A stretch of 64,000 nt of DNA, taken from the IMG/VR virus record IMGVR_UViG_3300017700_000723, positions 466-64,465 of that record, one strand, 5' to 3'. The notes beneath the pieces are model-generated. The model had not been told where the DNA came from. It ran no database searches and saw only the letters and a list, made by a program, of their open reading frames with translations. Below, in pieces: positions 7,936 to 17,191 of this stretch. This DNA comes from a virus. Its lineage: Duplodnaviria; Caudoviricetes. The translations under genes were made by a program, and so were the position numbers. Each line of letters starts with the position of its first letter. The stretch's first letter is position 1.

Positions 7936-10900
7936 CGACAGTCTCCTCGCCTGGGAAGCCCCGACCGAGCTCGCCCATCTGGTACACCCTGAACTTGATC
8001 GAGGTCACCGGCGGCGTGAAGCCGTCGGTGGTCTGGTTCGCCGAGCTGTAGTTCCACGTGGGCGAAGTCAGGCCGGTGACGGTCCGCACGACGGTGGAGC
8101 CGGACAGGATTTCCAGCTCGTACGCCTCGCTTGTCTCGGACAGGATCGTTGGGTTTGTAACATATTCCGTATTCAAGCGATCCCTTCGAACCCAGCTCAG
8201 GTCCACGGAACTGCTGGCGCCAGGAGCTGCCGCCAGCGAACACGGGCTGAAGGGATATAGCTCGTAGCCCTTGATAGTGTTCGCCTGCTCGACCGGGTCG
8301 CGGGTGCTCGGCACGCCGATCGCGCGGTAGGTGAACACGTCGCCCACCTTGGCGACGTCCGCGGCCTGCGGCCTGAGGGCGCTGTTGAAGCTGGCCGCTC
8401 CGCTCGCCACGAGCAGCACCACGTCGGACGGGTTGTGCGTGACGAAGGCGTCCGTGCCCCTCTGCGCGCGGATAAGGCCGGTGACGCGCACCACCTTATC
8501 GCTGAGCCAGGTAACATCCCGGAAGTAGACGTACTCCCAGTGACCAGGTCGACCGATGGCCAGGCAGTTGACGCCCGCCACGAAGTCGTAGTAGCTGGCG
8601 CTCGCGACGTCTGATACCGCGATGGTCTTGCTCACGATGTCTATGCTGTCCTCGACGGTCCGGTAGTAGGGGGCGACAGCCGTCGGCATGGACGCGAACG
8701 TGCCCCACTTCACGTCCTGGCTCGTCGTGAAGACGTTGATGTACTCGTCGAGCTCCTTGTAGCTCAGCAGCGCGGACTGGAAGCCGGTGCGGTAGGCCCG
8801 CACGCCGTCCATGAGGCTGATTGCCCCAGCTATGGTGCCCTGCGCCGGGTCGAGGACGGGAGTGTCCAACACCACCGGGATCGCGTCGCTGCTGGTGGCC
8901 ACGTCCTGCGGCAGCGACGACCCGACGTCGCTACCGCTCACGGGGATGTCGGTGCGGAAGAGGTAGTTCGCCGCCGTGTAGCTCGTGGAGAAGTCGCCGT
9001 TGAAGGTGCACTCGTCCAGCTTGACGGTATAGGCGTACGGCGCGATCGTGACGGTGACGATGTCGGTCGGCTCCAGGAGCAGGAACGACTGCGGCAGGCG
9101 AAAGTTCTGCATAACCACGTTGTCGCCAGCGCGGATCGCAGTCTTGGAGGCGCGAGCGTACGCCTCGCTCGTGCTCATCACGAACGGGAGGTCGTAGACC
9201 ACAGTGTTGACGCTGCTCACCAGCTCGTCACCGCGGTTGTCCGGGGTGTAGACCTGTGAGAGCGGCGAGTACGTCTGCTCGAGCGCGTAGTAGTTGATCT
9301 GGGCAGCGAGCTGCCCCATGCCCTCCGGCAGGATCATGGTTACGAGCGCGTCGTCCGGAGTGAGCTGGTTCTCCGAGACGTGCGCCAGGTCGGCTAGCGT
9401 GATGTCTGCGACTGGGACAGGGGGCTCCTCTCCGCCGGTAAGGGTGGCGGCCCCGAACGATACGTTGGTCGCCGTCTCCGTGGTGACGATGGAGTTGCCC
9501 GCCGTACCTGACAGGTTGGACCTGATGTCGATCTTGCGGAACCCGTACAGCGTGGCGCTGTCGATGTTCTGCTCCACGCTCACCTTGGTGTGCGCGGTGG
9601 TGCCGGCGAAGAAGCCGTCGACGCTGTCCGCCAGGCCGATGTCTCCCTTGATCGCGGCGAACAGGTTCTTCTCGGTCTTCTCTACCGCATCCAACGTCGC
9701 GACGTTCGTGTCAACCCCGATCTTCACGTCGAACGGCGCCGAGGGCGTGTTCTTGAAGCGGTAGACGAACGTGCCGATGGTGACGGTCTGCGCGTCGGTC
9801 GGCAGGCCGGTGAAGGTGAGCTGGCCCGTGGCGACCAGGGGATTGTTCGAGTTGCGCTCGAACTTCAGGGTGCCGCCCGAGTTGAAGTACGTGAAGTCGT
9901 ACACCGCGGCGATGTCGTTGAACAGCTGCGACACGGAGTACGGCTTCGTGATGACGACACCCGGCACCTGGTCCGTGAGCTTGGTGTCGATGGTGACGTT
10001 GGACAGGCTGAAGCCCGCGGCCGTCGCGAGGTAGCCCAGCGTGGCGCTCAGGGAGCCGATCGTGCCGTTGATGCCGCTCCACACCTGCTTGAAGCGCATG
10101 CCCTGGCCCGCGAAGGTCTGCAGCGGCAGCTCGTCGGCGCCGTAGGTGCCGTGGAAGAAGAGCACTCCGGCCTGGCTGTCCCAGATGTGCTCGCCAGAGT
10201 TGGTAAGGCCAGCGCCGATAGCGGTCACGGTGCCGTCCTTGATGTTGAACATGCCATTGCCGGCCATGACGGCCGTGCCCGCGCTCAGCTCCGAGTTGAC
10301 GAGCGTGTTCTTCTCCCAAGCGTCTGAGACCATGTTGGCCGGCTTGTGATCGTACAGGGGACCTCCCACCCTCGGGAAGATGCCTCGCCAGCCAGGAGCC
10401 TCGCTGAAGTCCGGAGAGCCGTAGTCCACGGACAGCCGGGTGTATGTGGTTATGCCGGTGTCGCCATTGTCGTCCCTGATGCAGATGTGGCCCTCGGCGT
10501 CAACGAAGGCCGAGACAAGGCTCAGCGTCGGGTGGACGCCGTCGTAGATGCGCTGCCGACCGAGTATCTTGGCGACGCCCGCGGTGATGTTGACGTAGAC
10601 GATCTCGACGGTGGGCGCGCCGCCGCCGAGGAAAACCCACCTCGTGGTGATGAGGAAGGCGACGTCCTGGTAGGACAGGTGCTCGTCGACCGCCCTCTCC
10701 CAAATCTTAAACGGGCAGATAGCCGGGAACTGGCCCGGGGACTGATAGAAGGACTCAAACGGCACGGAGGTCGGCATCGTGCCGTCCTTGCCGACCTTCA
10801 TGGCCATGGCGAAGCCGCCCTGTATGGCAGCGAACAGCACGGGCTGTATGTCGTTGGCGCTCACCACGTAGTCGACGGCGCCGTGGTGGAGGCTCGAGCA

Positions 10901-11998
10901 CTTCACCATCGGCTCGTCCTCGTCCGGGGGGCCGCCGTCGGCCGACGCCGGGCCGATGGCCCCCTCCAGCGAGTTCGAGATGACGACGCCGGTCTCCGAC
11001 AGGGAGCACGCCATGCGGTTGGACCTGGCGGTGTAGATGATACCGTTGAGCCTGTCCCACGTGCAGAAGTTATCGGTCGCGCCGATGGTGTCGCCGCCGT
11101 CCGCGATGACGTACTGCGAGAGCTGTGTGGCCGTGTCCATGTCGTAGAAGTTCACGGTCGAAGGGGCCGAGCTCAGGCGGGGATTGACAGTGCAGATCAG
11201 GCGCCGGTCGAAGTCCGACATCTTCACCTGGCCGAAGAACGGTATGGGGTACGACCCAGCGATCATCCGGAAGTTGTGGAGCTCCGAGGTCGTGATGGAG
11301 CCGTCGGCCAGCTCCACCGACACGGCCGGGAATACCGGAGCGGGCGTCACCCTCGCCAGGGTGCCCTGGGCGACGATGAGGTCAGAGATGACCATGTACA
11401 TGAGGCCGCGGTACGACGGAGCCAGCGAGCCCTTGTCGGCCAGTATCTCCGGGTCCGGTATCTGGTCCTCGTTCCCGTCGTGGAAGCGGAATACCAGCTT
11501 GGACTCGTTGTAGTTCGGGAAAACCATCGTCCCGTCGCCGACGGCGCCGCTCTGCACCACCCAGACGCCGGACGCGTTCCGAGCTCCAGCGGGGATGTAG
11601 CGCTCGTCCACCGAGCTGAAGACCACGGGCGAGCCGGTGCCGTTGTCCCACACCAACACGCCGTCGATCCAGATGCGCCTGACGAGCGGGGCGGAGTCGT
11701 TCGGGTTCAGACGGTAGCCGAGGGCGACGGCGAACGACTGCCTCACGTTCCAGGCGATGGCCGTGCTCACGGCCGAGCCGTCGGCGTGCGGGATGTACGA
11801 CGGCACCTCCTCCGTCCGGCGCTGCGGGCCAGCCCAGAGCACCGCGCCGTTCAGTCGGCGGAAGCCGGCGGACAGCGGTATGGGTGAGCCCCACACAGAA
11901 CCGCGGTAGTCCACCCCCTTCGGGCCAGACTGCGGGTTCGATATCATCACGCCGTAGCCAGGCATGGAATACCAGCCTTGCCCGTAAGAGATGGCCAT
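7925..11998 (-). CDS. central tail/host-specificity protein (phage-tail_3, GTA megatron-like)
   Basis: 1357 aa; N-terminal YAVALG...RRIWIDG and PSYRGLMYMV, C-terminal LSWVRRDR motifs; follows DUF2163. Confidence 0.8.
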   Translation of the reverse strand: MAISYGQGWYSMPGYGVMISNPQSGPKGVDYRGSVWGSPIPLSAGFRRLNGAVLWAGPQRRTEEVPSYIPHADGSAVSTAIAWNVRQSFAVALGYRLNPNDSAPLVRRIWIDGVLVWDNGTGSPVVFSSVDERYIPAGARNASGVWVVQSGAVGDGTMVFPNYNESKLVFRFHDGNEDQIPDPEILADKGSLAPSYRGLMYMVISDLIVAQGTLARVTPAPVFPAVSVELADGSITTSELHNFRMIAGSYPIPFFGQVKMSDFDRRLICTVNPRLSSAPSTVNFYDMDTATQLSQYVIADGGDTIGATDNFCTWDRLNGIIYTARSNRMACSLSETGVVISNSLEGAIGPASADGGPPDEDEPMVKCSSLHHGAVDYVVSANDIQPVLFAAIQGGFAMAMKVGKDGTMPTSVPFESFYQSPGQFPAICPFKIWERAVDEHLSYQDVAFLITTRWVFLGGGAPTVEIVYVNITAGVAKILGRQRIYDGVHPTLSLVSAFVDAEGHICIRDDNGDTGITTYTRLSVDYGSPDFSEAPGWRGIFPRVGGPLYDHKPANMVSDAWEKNTLVNSELSAGTAVMAGNGMFNIKDGTVTAIGAGLTNSGEHIWDSQAGVLFFHGTYGADELPLQTFAGQGMRFKQVWSGINGTIGSLSATLGYLATAAGFSLSNVTIDTKLTDQVPGVVITKPYSVSQLFNDIAAVYDFTYFNSGGTLKFERNSNNPLVATGQLTFTGLPTDAQTVTIGTFVYRFKNTPSAPFDVKIGVDTNVATLDAVEKTEKNLFAAIKGDIGLADSVDGFFAGTTAHTKVSVEQNIDSATLYGFRKIDIRSNLSGTAGNSIVTTETATNVSFGAATLTGGEEPPVPVADITLADLAHVSENQLTPDDALVTMILPEGMGQLAAQINYYALEQTYSPLSQVYTPDNRGDELVSSVNTVVYDLPFVMSTSEAYARASKTAIRAGDNVVMQNFRLPQSFLLLEPTDIVTVTIAPYAYTVKLDECTFNGDFSTSYTAANYLFRTDIPVSGSDVGSSLPQDVATSSDAIPVVLDTPVLDPAQGTIAGAISLMDGVRAYRTGFQSALLSYKELDEYINVFTTSQDVKWGTFASMPTAVAPYYRTVEDSIDIVSKTIAVSDVASASYYDFVAGVNCLAIGRPGHWEYVYFRDVTWLSDKVVRVTGLIRAQRGTDAFVTHNPSDVVLLVASGAASFNSALRPQAADVAKVGDVFTYRAIGVPSTRDPVEQANTIKGYELYPFSPCSLAAAPGASSSVDLSWVRRDRLNTEYVTNPTILSETSEAYELEILSGSTVVRTVTGLTSPTWNYSSANQTTDGFTPPVTSIKFRVYQMGELGRGFPGEETVDVN

Positions 11999-11999
11999 T

Positions 12000-12914
12000 T
12001 TACTTCACCACCCAACCGCCCGAGGCGGCTCCAAACCAGTTCATCAGTGTCAGATCGCTCGTCGCGCCGGCAACCTCAGGCACGTCCGGCTCCGCCCTCA
12101 TATTCGCGAGGTTGTTGAACTTGGCGATACAGGTCGCGCGGAGCTTGTCGCAGCCGGGGAACACCTCGCCCGTGTCTCCGACCTGGATCGGATGGAACGG
12201 CGGGGAGGTGAGGAACAGGCTCGTGGTCGGCTGGTCGTTGGACGCGACCTGCGAGGTCTTGCCCGCGTTGTCCCCGGTGAGCCACTTGACGTACCCGAGT
12301 GCCCAGTGGCCAGGGGCCTGGGTCAGCTCGGACGCGACTAGAGACCCGCCGCTCACACTGTCCACCGTGAAGGCGATCTTGAGAGCGTCGATGTCAATCT
12401 TGCAGCGGGCGTCGCCGAGGTTGGCGCGGCAAGTCTGCGAGTACTTCTCGTTGCCGATGGTTGCGCCACTGACCGCGCTGTCCGCCGGCTGCACCTCGAT
12501 CTGGGCCATCTTTTGGTCAGACAGGGTGATCGTGCCGAAGATGCCCTTGAACATGTTCACGACGCCATAGGCCGGGAACTCGTAGTCGACAACCATGATC
12601 TCGCTTACCGCGCCGTCATACAGTCGCGCGCGCAGATCGCCCTCGCCGAAGCCAGCGTCGTCCATGACGATGGACATGGTCACGCTCTGCTGGTTCGCGA
12701 ACGAGCTGGAGGTGAAGATCGCCGAGGAGGTGAACGTGATGTCAGACCGGTAGACCTGCGGGCTCACGTCGGGCGCCACCTGGATCGTGACAGGCCTGAC
12801 CGCGTCCGTGAAGCGTAGGACCGTGCCATCGTCCCGGGTCACGCGCCAGAGCCGAGCGAGAGTGGTGCTCTCGCCCGCTATCCTGGCCTGGAGCTGGGCG
12901 GAGGCAGCGCGCAT
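12000..12914 (-). CDS. tail hub protein, DUF2163/BR0599 family
   Basis: LWRVTRDDGTVLRFTD and PGCDKLRATCIAKFNNLANMRAEP motifs; start trimmed to MRAASAQ. Confidence 0.85.
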   Translation of the reverse strand: MRAASAQLQARIAGESTTLARLWRVTRDDGTVLRFTDAVRPVTIQVAPDVSPQVYRSDITFTSSAIFTSSSFANQQSVTMSIVMDDAGFGEGDLRARLYDGAVSEIMVVDYEFPAYGVVNMFKGIFGTITLSDQKMAQIEVQPADSAVSGATIGNEKYSQTCRANLGDARCKIDIDALKIAFTVDSVSGGSLVASELTQAPGHWALGYVKWLTGDNAGKTSQVASNDQPTTSLFLTSPPFHPIQVGDTGEVFPGCDKLRATCIAKFNNLANMRAEPDVPEVAGATSDLTLMNWFGAASGGWVVK

Positions 12915-13510
12915 TATTCTCGAACCTCTAGCACTGGAAGCGAGCCGATGGAACCAGCAATGTCGGTATCGAGCTGGAGACTGAACTTGTCGACGCCGAA
13001 GCGGACGCACATGTCGAACTCGCCGGAGGCGGTAACCAGCGCGCCGTTGACGGGCGGGGCACCGGAGAGGGTGTACACCCCGAGGCCGTTGTGCGTGGCC
13101 CCACGGACCACGCCGTCCACCTTCCAGACGATGCCGCTGGTGATCGGACGGGTGATGCGCCTATAATATGGGGACGGCCCGCTGCTCTCATAGGTCTTTA
13201 TGAGCTGGAACTGCAGGTTGACGTCGTTGCCGACGCCCTGGGTCTCGTCGACCAGGTCATAGTCGGACCAGTCCTTGAAGCGGAACGTGTGGGCCATGCC
13301 CCGGCGGGCGAAGAAGAACGACCTCACCGCAGCGAAGTCGTCCTTGTCCTGGACGCCGTAGGAGAGCTCCCACTCGTGCCTCGCCTCGCTCCAGTCGGCG
13401 TTGCGCTGCTCGGAGCCGTTGGCCAGGTCGATGACGGTGGTGTGGAAGAGCGGACCACCGGTCGCGCCCTTCTCTACCTCCTCCGGGAGCCTGACGTCGT
13501 GGAAGGTCAT
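12914..13510 (-). CDS. distal tail protein, DUF2460 (TIGR02217) family
   Basis: FHDVRLP...GGP.F.T...LANGSEQRNADW...FRFKDWSD signature. Confidence 0.9.
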   Translation of the reverse strand: MTFHDVRLPEEVEKGATGGPLFHTTVIDLANGSEQRNADWSEARHEWELSYGVQDKDDFAAVRSFFFARRGMAHTFRFKDWSDYDLVDETQGVGNDVNLQFQLIKTYESSGPSPYYRRITRPITSGIVWKVDGVVRGATHNGLGVYTLSGAPPVNGALVTASGEFDMCVRFGVDKFSLQLDTDIAGSIGSLPVLEVRE

Positions 13511-13513
13511 CCC

Positions 13514-15946
13514 TTAAACTCCTGCAAGCTTGGACTTCAGAGCCAGGTAGGTCTGGTTCTTACTGCGGTTGAAGCTGTTGGCGTCCGGCGTCTGCACGTT
13601 CATGTTGACCACGACGGTCTTGTTCTGACCACTCGCGCCACCGTTGCTGGACAGTCGTCGCCTGCGCTGCGCCGGCGTCTCAACCGTGACGCTCTCGTTG
13701 GGCGAGGCCATGAACTGTACGAGCTGGCTGTCCGGGCCGCCGTTGCCGCCGACGTCGAACGAGCCGCCGCGCCTGAAGGTTGGGAGACCCTGCCCCGCCA
13801 TGTAGGTGTTCAGGAAGGGGTAAGCCTGGGTCCAAGTCTTCGCGACCTCGGGCTTCAGGCTCGCGAGCGTCTTGTACAGCCGGTCGATCGCACCGGGCCC
13901 GAGGCCCGTGCCGTAGAAGAACTCGACGTCGTTGATCGCCCTGATGACAGCGTCCGCCTGCTCCTGGCTTCCGCCCATCGTCTTGGAGGACTGACGGACG
14001 CTCGCCTGGTCCGCATAGTAGAACGTGGTGATCGTCGCGTCGGCGCTGCTGCTCCCGCCGCCACCTCCACCGCCAGAGGACGCGGCTGCGCTGGCCACGT
14101 CGCCGAAGCTGCCAGCGAGGCTCTCGAGGCTGCTCTCCGCCGCCGCCGCGCCGGACTGGATGTTGCTGAACAGCCGGCCGGTCTGCGCGTCCGCTGCACC
14201 TGAATACTTGATGATGTTGCCCATGGCGTCGCGTGTCGTGAACTCGAGCTGCTTGAGGGCCTCTCGGTTCGCGTCCACGGCCGCACGGTTCTCGTCGAAG
14301 CGGCGCTTGCCCTCCGCGATCACACGGTTAGCCCGCTCCTGCGCGCGCACGAGGTTCTCGAAGGGCGGGATGGCGTCCGCCGTCACGCGGCCGAGCTGGG
14401 TCATGCCGTCGGCGGCGAACTTCACGCTCTTGCCGATGCCGTCTGCGCTAGCCGCGACCTGGTCACCGGCGCTCTTGAAGGTGTCGCCGAAGTTCTTGGC
14501 CTCCAGGCCCGCCTCCTTCGTGACGTTGCTGGCGTCCTTCATGTTCTTGATGAGCGTCTCGCCGAAGCTGCCGAGCGACAGCGAGGCTCCCTGCAGCGAC
14601 GGGATGAACATCGCCACGAGGTCCACGACCGCCTTCACCGCGTTGAAGATGGCGGTGAAGACGGCCACGATGGTCTGGCCGATCACGGTGAAGATGGGGC
14701 CGAGCACGGTTCCGACCCACGAGGCGAGCTGCTTCAGCAGGTCCCACATGGTGGTGACGATGCCCACCACCGCGCCCCACGCCGTGATGGAGCCATCCGA
14801 GGTCAGCTTGACGGCGTCGCCGAAGAGGTACAGCGCCGCCACCGCCGCGCCTATGACGGTGATGATGATCGTGAACGGATTGGCGGCAATGACGGCCCAG
14901 AGGGCGACGAACGCTGCGCGGACAGCAGCGAGTGGGCCCTGGATCAGTATCAAGGCCTTCTGGTACAGGCTGAGCTGCAGCCCCGCGTAGCCGAGGACCA
15001 CGTTCGCCGCGGCGATGCGCGCCGTCACGGCGGCGATGCCAGCGGAGAACGCCGTCCACCCGGCCTGCACCGCCATGGCGGTGTAGAACGCCACCACGGC
15101 GGCTGTCGCCAGGCCCAGTATCTTCGTGAACGTGATGAAGTTGTTCGCGACGAACAGGATGGCCTGCGCGACCTTGCCACTGACGCCGCTCGCCTGGTCG
15201 AAGACGCCGACGAACTGCAGCAGCTGGTTCTTCATCACCTGGATGGCGCTGCCGACTGTCGGCGTGATGGTGGCGAACTGCTTCGCGATCTCTGGGGCCT
15301 GCTTGTTGAGCGCGTCGAGGACCAGCTTCGCGCTGAGCTGCCCCTCCTCGCCCATCTTGCGGAGGCCAGCGGTCGTGGTGCCGAGGCCCTTCGCGATCGC
15401 CTGGCCGAGCGCGGGGAGGTTCTCGAGGACCGACCTGAGCTCGTCGCCCTGGAACCGGTTGGACGCGAGGCCCTGCGAGAACTGCAGCAGGCCCGCGCTC
15501 GCCTCCGTCGCGGACGCGCCCGAGATGGCGATCAGCTGGTTGATGGTCTCGATGTTCGGGATGAGGGACTTCTGCTCGATGCCGAGCGAGCCGGCGTTCT
15601 GCGCCAGCTTGGTGTAGAGGTTGGCGGTCTCCTCGAAGGAGGAGCGGGTCCGGTTGGCGCTGTCGAAGAGGGCCTTCTCGGTGTTGACGAGGTCCTGGCC
15701 GGAGGTGGAGACCAGCTTCAGGCGGTTCACGATGCCCGTGAAGGTGTCGGTCAGCCTGACGTACTCGGCCACAACGCCAGCGATACCGAGGGCGGCGAGC
15801 GTCGTCTTGAGGAAGCCGAGGGAGGAGTTCAGCCCGTCGACGGGCTTCTGCGCGGCCTCGGCGCTGCCGCCGATGTCCTGGAGGCCCTTGCTGGCCTCCT
15901 TGTCGCCGGTCTTGGAGACTACGATCTCGATGCGTTCAGTCGTCAC
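13514..15946 (-). CDS. tape measure protein
   Basis: 810 aa, Ala-rich; tape_meas core (SNRFQGDELRSVLENLP); follows chaperone/neck genes. Confidence 0.9.
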   Translation of the reverse strand: MTTERIEIVVSKTGDKEASKGLQDIGGSAEAAQKPVDGLNSSLGFLKTTLAALGIAGVVAEYVRLTDTFTGIVNRLKLVSTSGQDLVNTEKALFDSANRTRSSFEETANLYTKLAQNAGSLGIEQKSLIPNIETINQLIAISGASATEASAGLLQFSQGLASNRFQGDELRSVLENLPALGQAIAKGLGTTTAGLRKMGEEGQLSAKLVLDALNKQAPEIAKQFATITPTVGSAIQVMKNQLLQFVGVFDQASGVSGKVAQAILFVANNFITFTKILGLATAAVVAFYTAMAVQAGWTAFSAGIAAVTARIAAANVVLGYAGLQLSLYQKALILIQGPLAAVRAAFVALWAVIAANPFTIIITVIGAAVAALYLFGDAVKLTSDGSITAWGAVVGIVTTMWDLLKQLASWVGTVLGPIFTVIGQTIVAVFTAIFNAVKAVVDLVAMFIPSLQGASLSLGSFGETLIKNMKDASNVTKEAGLEAKNFGDTFKSAGDQVAASADGIGKSVKFAADGMTQLGRVTADAIPPFENLVRAQERANRVIAEGKRRFDENRAAVDANREALKQLEFTTRDAMGNIIKYSGAADAQTGRLFSNIQSGAAAAESSLESLAGSFGDVASAAASSGGGGGGGSSSADATITTFYYADQASVRQSSKTMGGSQEQADAVIRAINDVEFFYGTGLGPGAIDRLYKTLASLKPEVAKTWTQAYPFLNTYMAGQGLPTFRRGGSFDVGGNGGPDSQLVQFMASPNESVTVETPAQRRRRLSSNGGASGQNKTVVVNMNVQTPDANSFNRSKNQTYLALKSKLAGV

Positions 15947-16345
15947 CTAAGCCCCCTTCAGCGCCCTGATCTTCGCGGCCGCGACGAGGCCGATCTGAAC
16001 GGCCTGCTCCACGAAGCCAGCGGGAGCCTGCGCGGATGAGCCGTCGTTGAGGCTGCCAATGTAGTCCAGATTGTTGGTGATGTAAATCACGCCGGTCCTG
16101 TCGCCCTCGATGACCGCCCTGGCCTGGGTCAGCGCAGAGTTGAAGTCGACGCTCTCGTACGTCTTGAAGTCCGAGCTGCCGGACGACGCCCGCCAGTTCG
16201 CTCGGGCGCGTCCGGTGTCGACCGGAGTGGCGAGGACCACAGCCTGGTCGACGACGAGCGCGGTGGCGCGGTGCCCCGCGCCGACGTTCTCGGTGACGAG
16301 CGCCCCGATCTTCTTCATCCTCTTATTGAACTGGGCGGGCGTCAT
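15947..16345 (-). CDS. HK97 gp10-like tail completion/neck protein
   Basis: TPVDTGRARANW and QAPAGFV motifs. Confidence 0.8.
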   Translation of the reverse strand: MTPAQFNKRMKKIGALVTENVGAGHRATALVVDQAVVLATPVDTGRARANWRASSGSSDFKTYESVDFNSALTQARAVIEGDRTGVIYITNNLDYIGSLNDGSSAQAPAGFVEQAVQIGLVAAAKIRALKGA

Positions 16346-17122
16346 GCTTCCTCTTCGGCGCGATCGGCGTGGCGTTCCTCTGCCTGGACGGCTTCTTCTG
16401 CTTCTCCTGCATCCACTTCAGGTACGTTATGTCCAGCTTGGTGACCAGGGTGTGGACGTCTAGGTGCTCCTCGCGGTCGATCTCGTTTGCCTCGCACCAC
16501 TTCTGGACCGCCGTCCAGGGTATCTTGTGCCCTACCTGGTAGCGGTCGTCACACAGGTCCCAGAACGCCTTCATGTACATCTCGAGGCCTGGGTTGACCT
16601 CTGGGGGAGGCTCCAGGAGGCGCGGTGGGATGGCCCGTCCGGACCGCACCGCCTGGACGACGATGCGGTCCCTTATGGGTGACGTCTCGAGGGCCTCGAG
16701 AAGGCACCGGATCAGTTTCCCTCTGCGGCCTCGAGGTTCTCCTTGCGGAAGTTGCCGGTCTTCTGGGCCTGAGCCTGGAGCTCCTGGAACAGGTTGGGGA
16801 GCTCGGTGAGCAGCGTCTTCGCCGCCTCCTTGGAGAACTCGATCGGCTTGCCCTCGCGGTCGCCGACGTCCTTCCAGTCGAGGACGATGGTGTCCACGAA
16901 GATGTCGATCACCATCTGGTCGGCGATCTCCTTCGGCATGGTCTCGTTGCTGATGGCGGCCTGGAACGGCTTGAACCGCTTCATGGCCTCCTTCGAGAAC
17001 GCCTGGTTGCCCCCGCCGGCCCGCGCGATCTTGAACTTGAAGGGGCCGATCGGTATCCACACGCCGTTGGCCTCGGCCTCGGCGCTGCTCTCGAACAGTG
17101 CGTATGCGCTTGCGATAGTCAT
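16323..17122 (-). CDS. tail assembly chaperone long form via -1 frameshift
   Basis: slippery GGGAAAC at 16715-16721; -1 frame is open to 16323 (GKLIRCLLEAL...). Confidence 0.8.
16712..17122 (-). CDS. tail assembly chaperone (short form)
   Basis: 136 aa directly downstream of major tail protein. Confidence 0.85.
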   Translation of the reverse strand: MTIASAYALFESSAEAEANGVWIPIGPFKFKIARAGGGNQAFSKEAMKRFKPFQAAISNETMPKEIADQMVIDIFVDTIVLDWKDVGDREGKPIEFSKEAAKTLLTELPNLFQELQAQAQKTGNFRKENLEAAEGN

Positions 17123-17141
17123 ATAGTCCTCTTGAGGTTAT

Positions 17142-17169
17142 GGGCCGAGGCGTCTCCGCCCCGGCCCAA
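17142..17169 (-). terminator. hairpin after major tail gene
   Basis: TGGGCCG...CGGCCCA inverted repeat. Confidence 0.4.
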
Positions 17170-17191
17170 GGTTCCGACCCCTCGTAGTTCC

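Noticed and set aside
5222-11998. Diversity-generating retroelement acting on tail genes
   Set aside because: No reverse transcriptase and no TR/VR pair differing only at adenines was seen.
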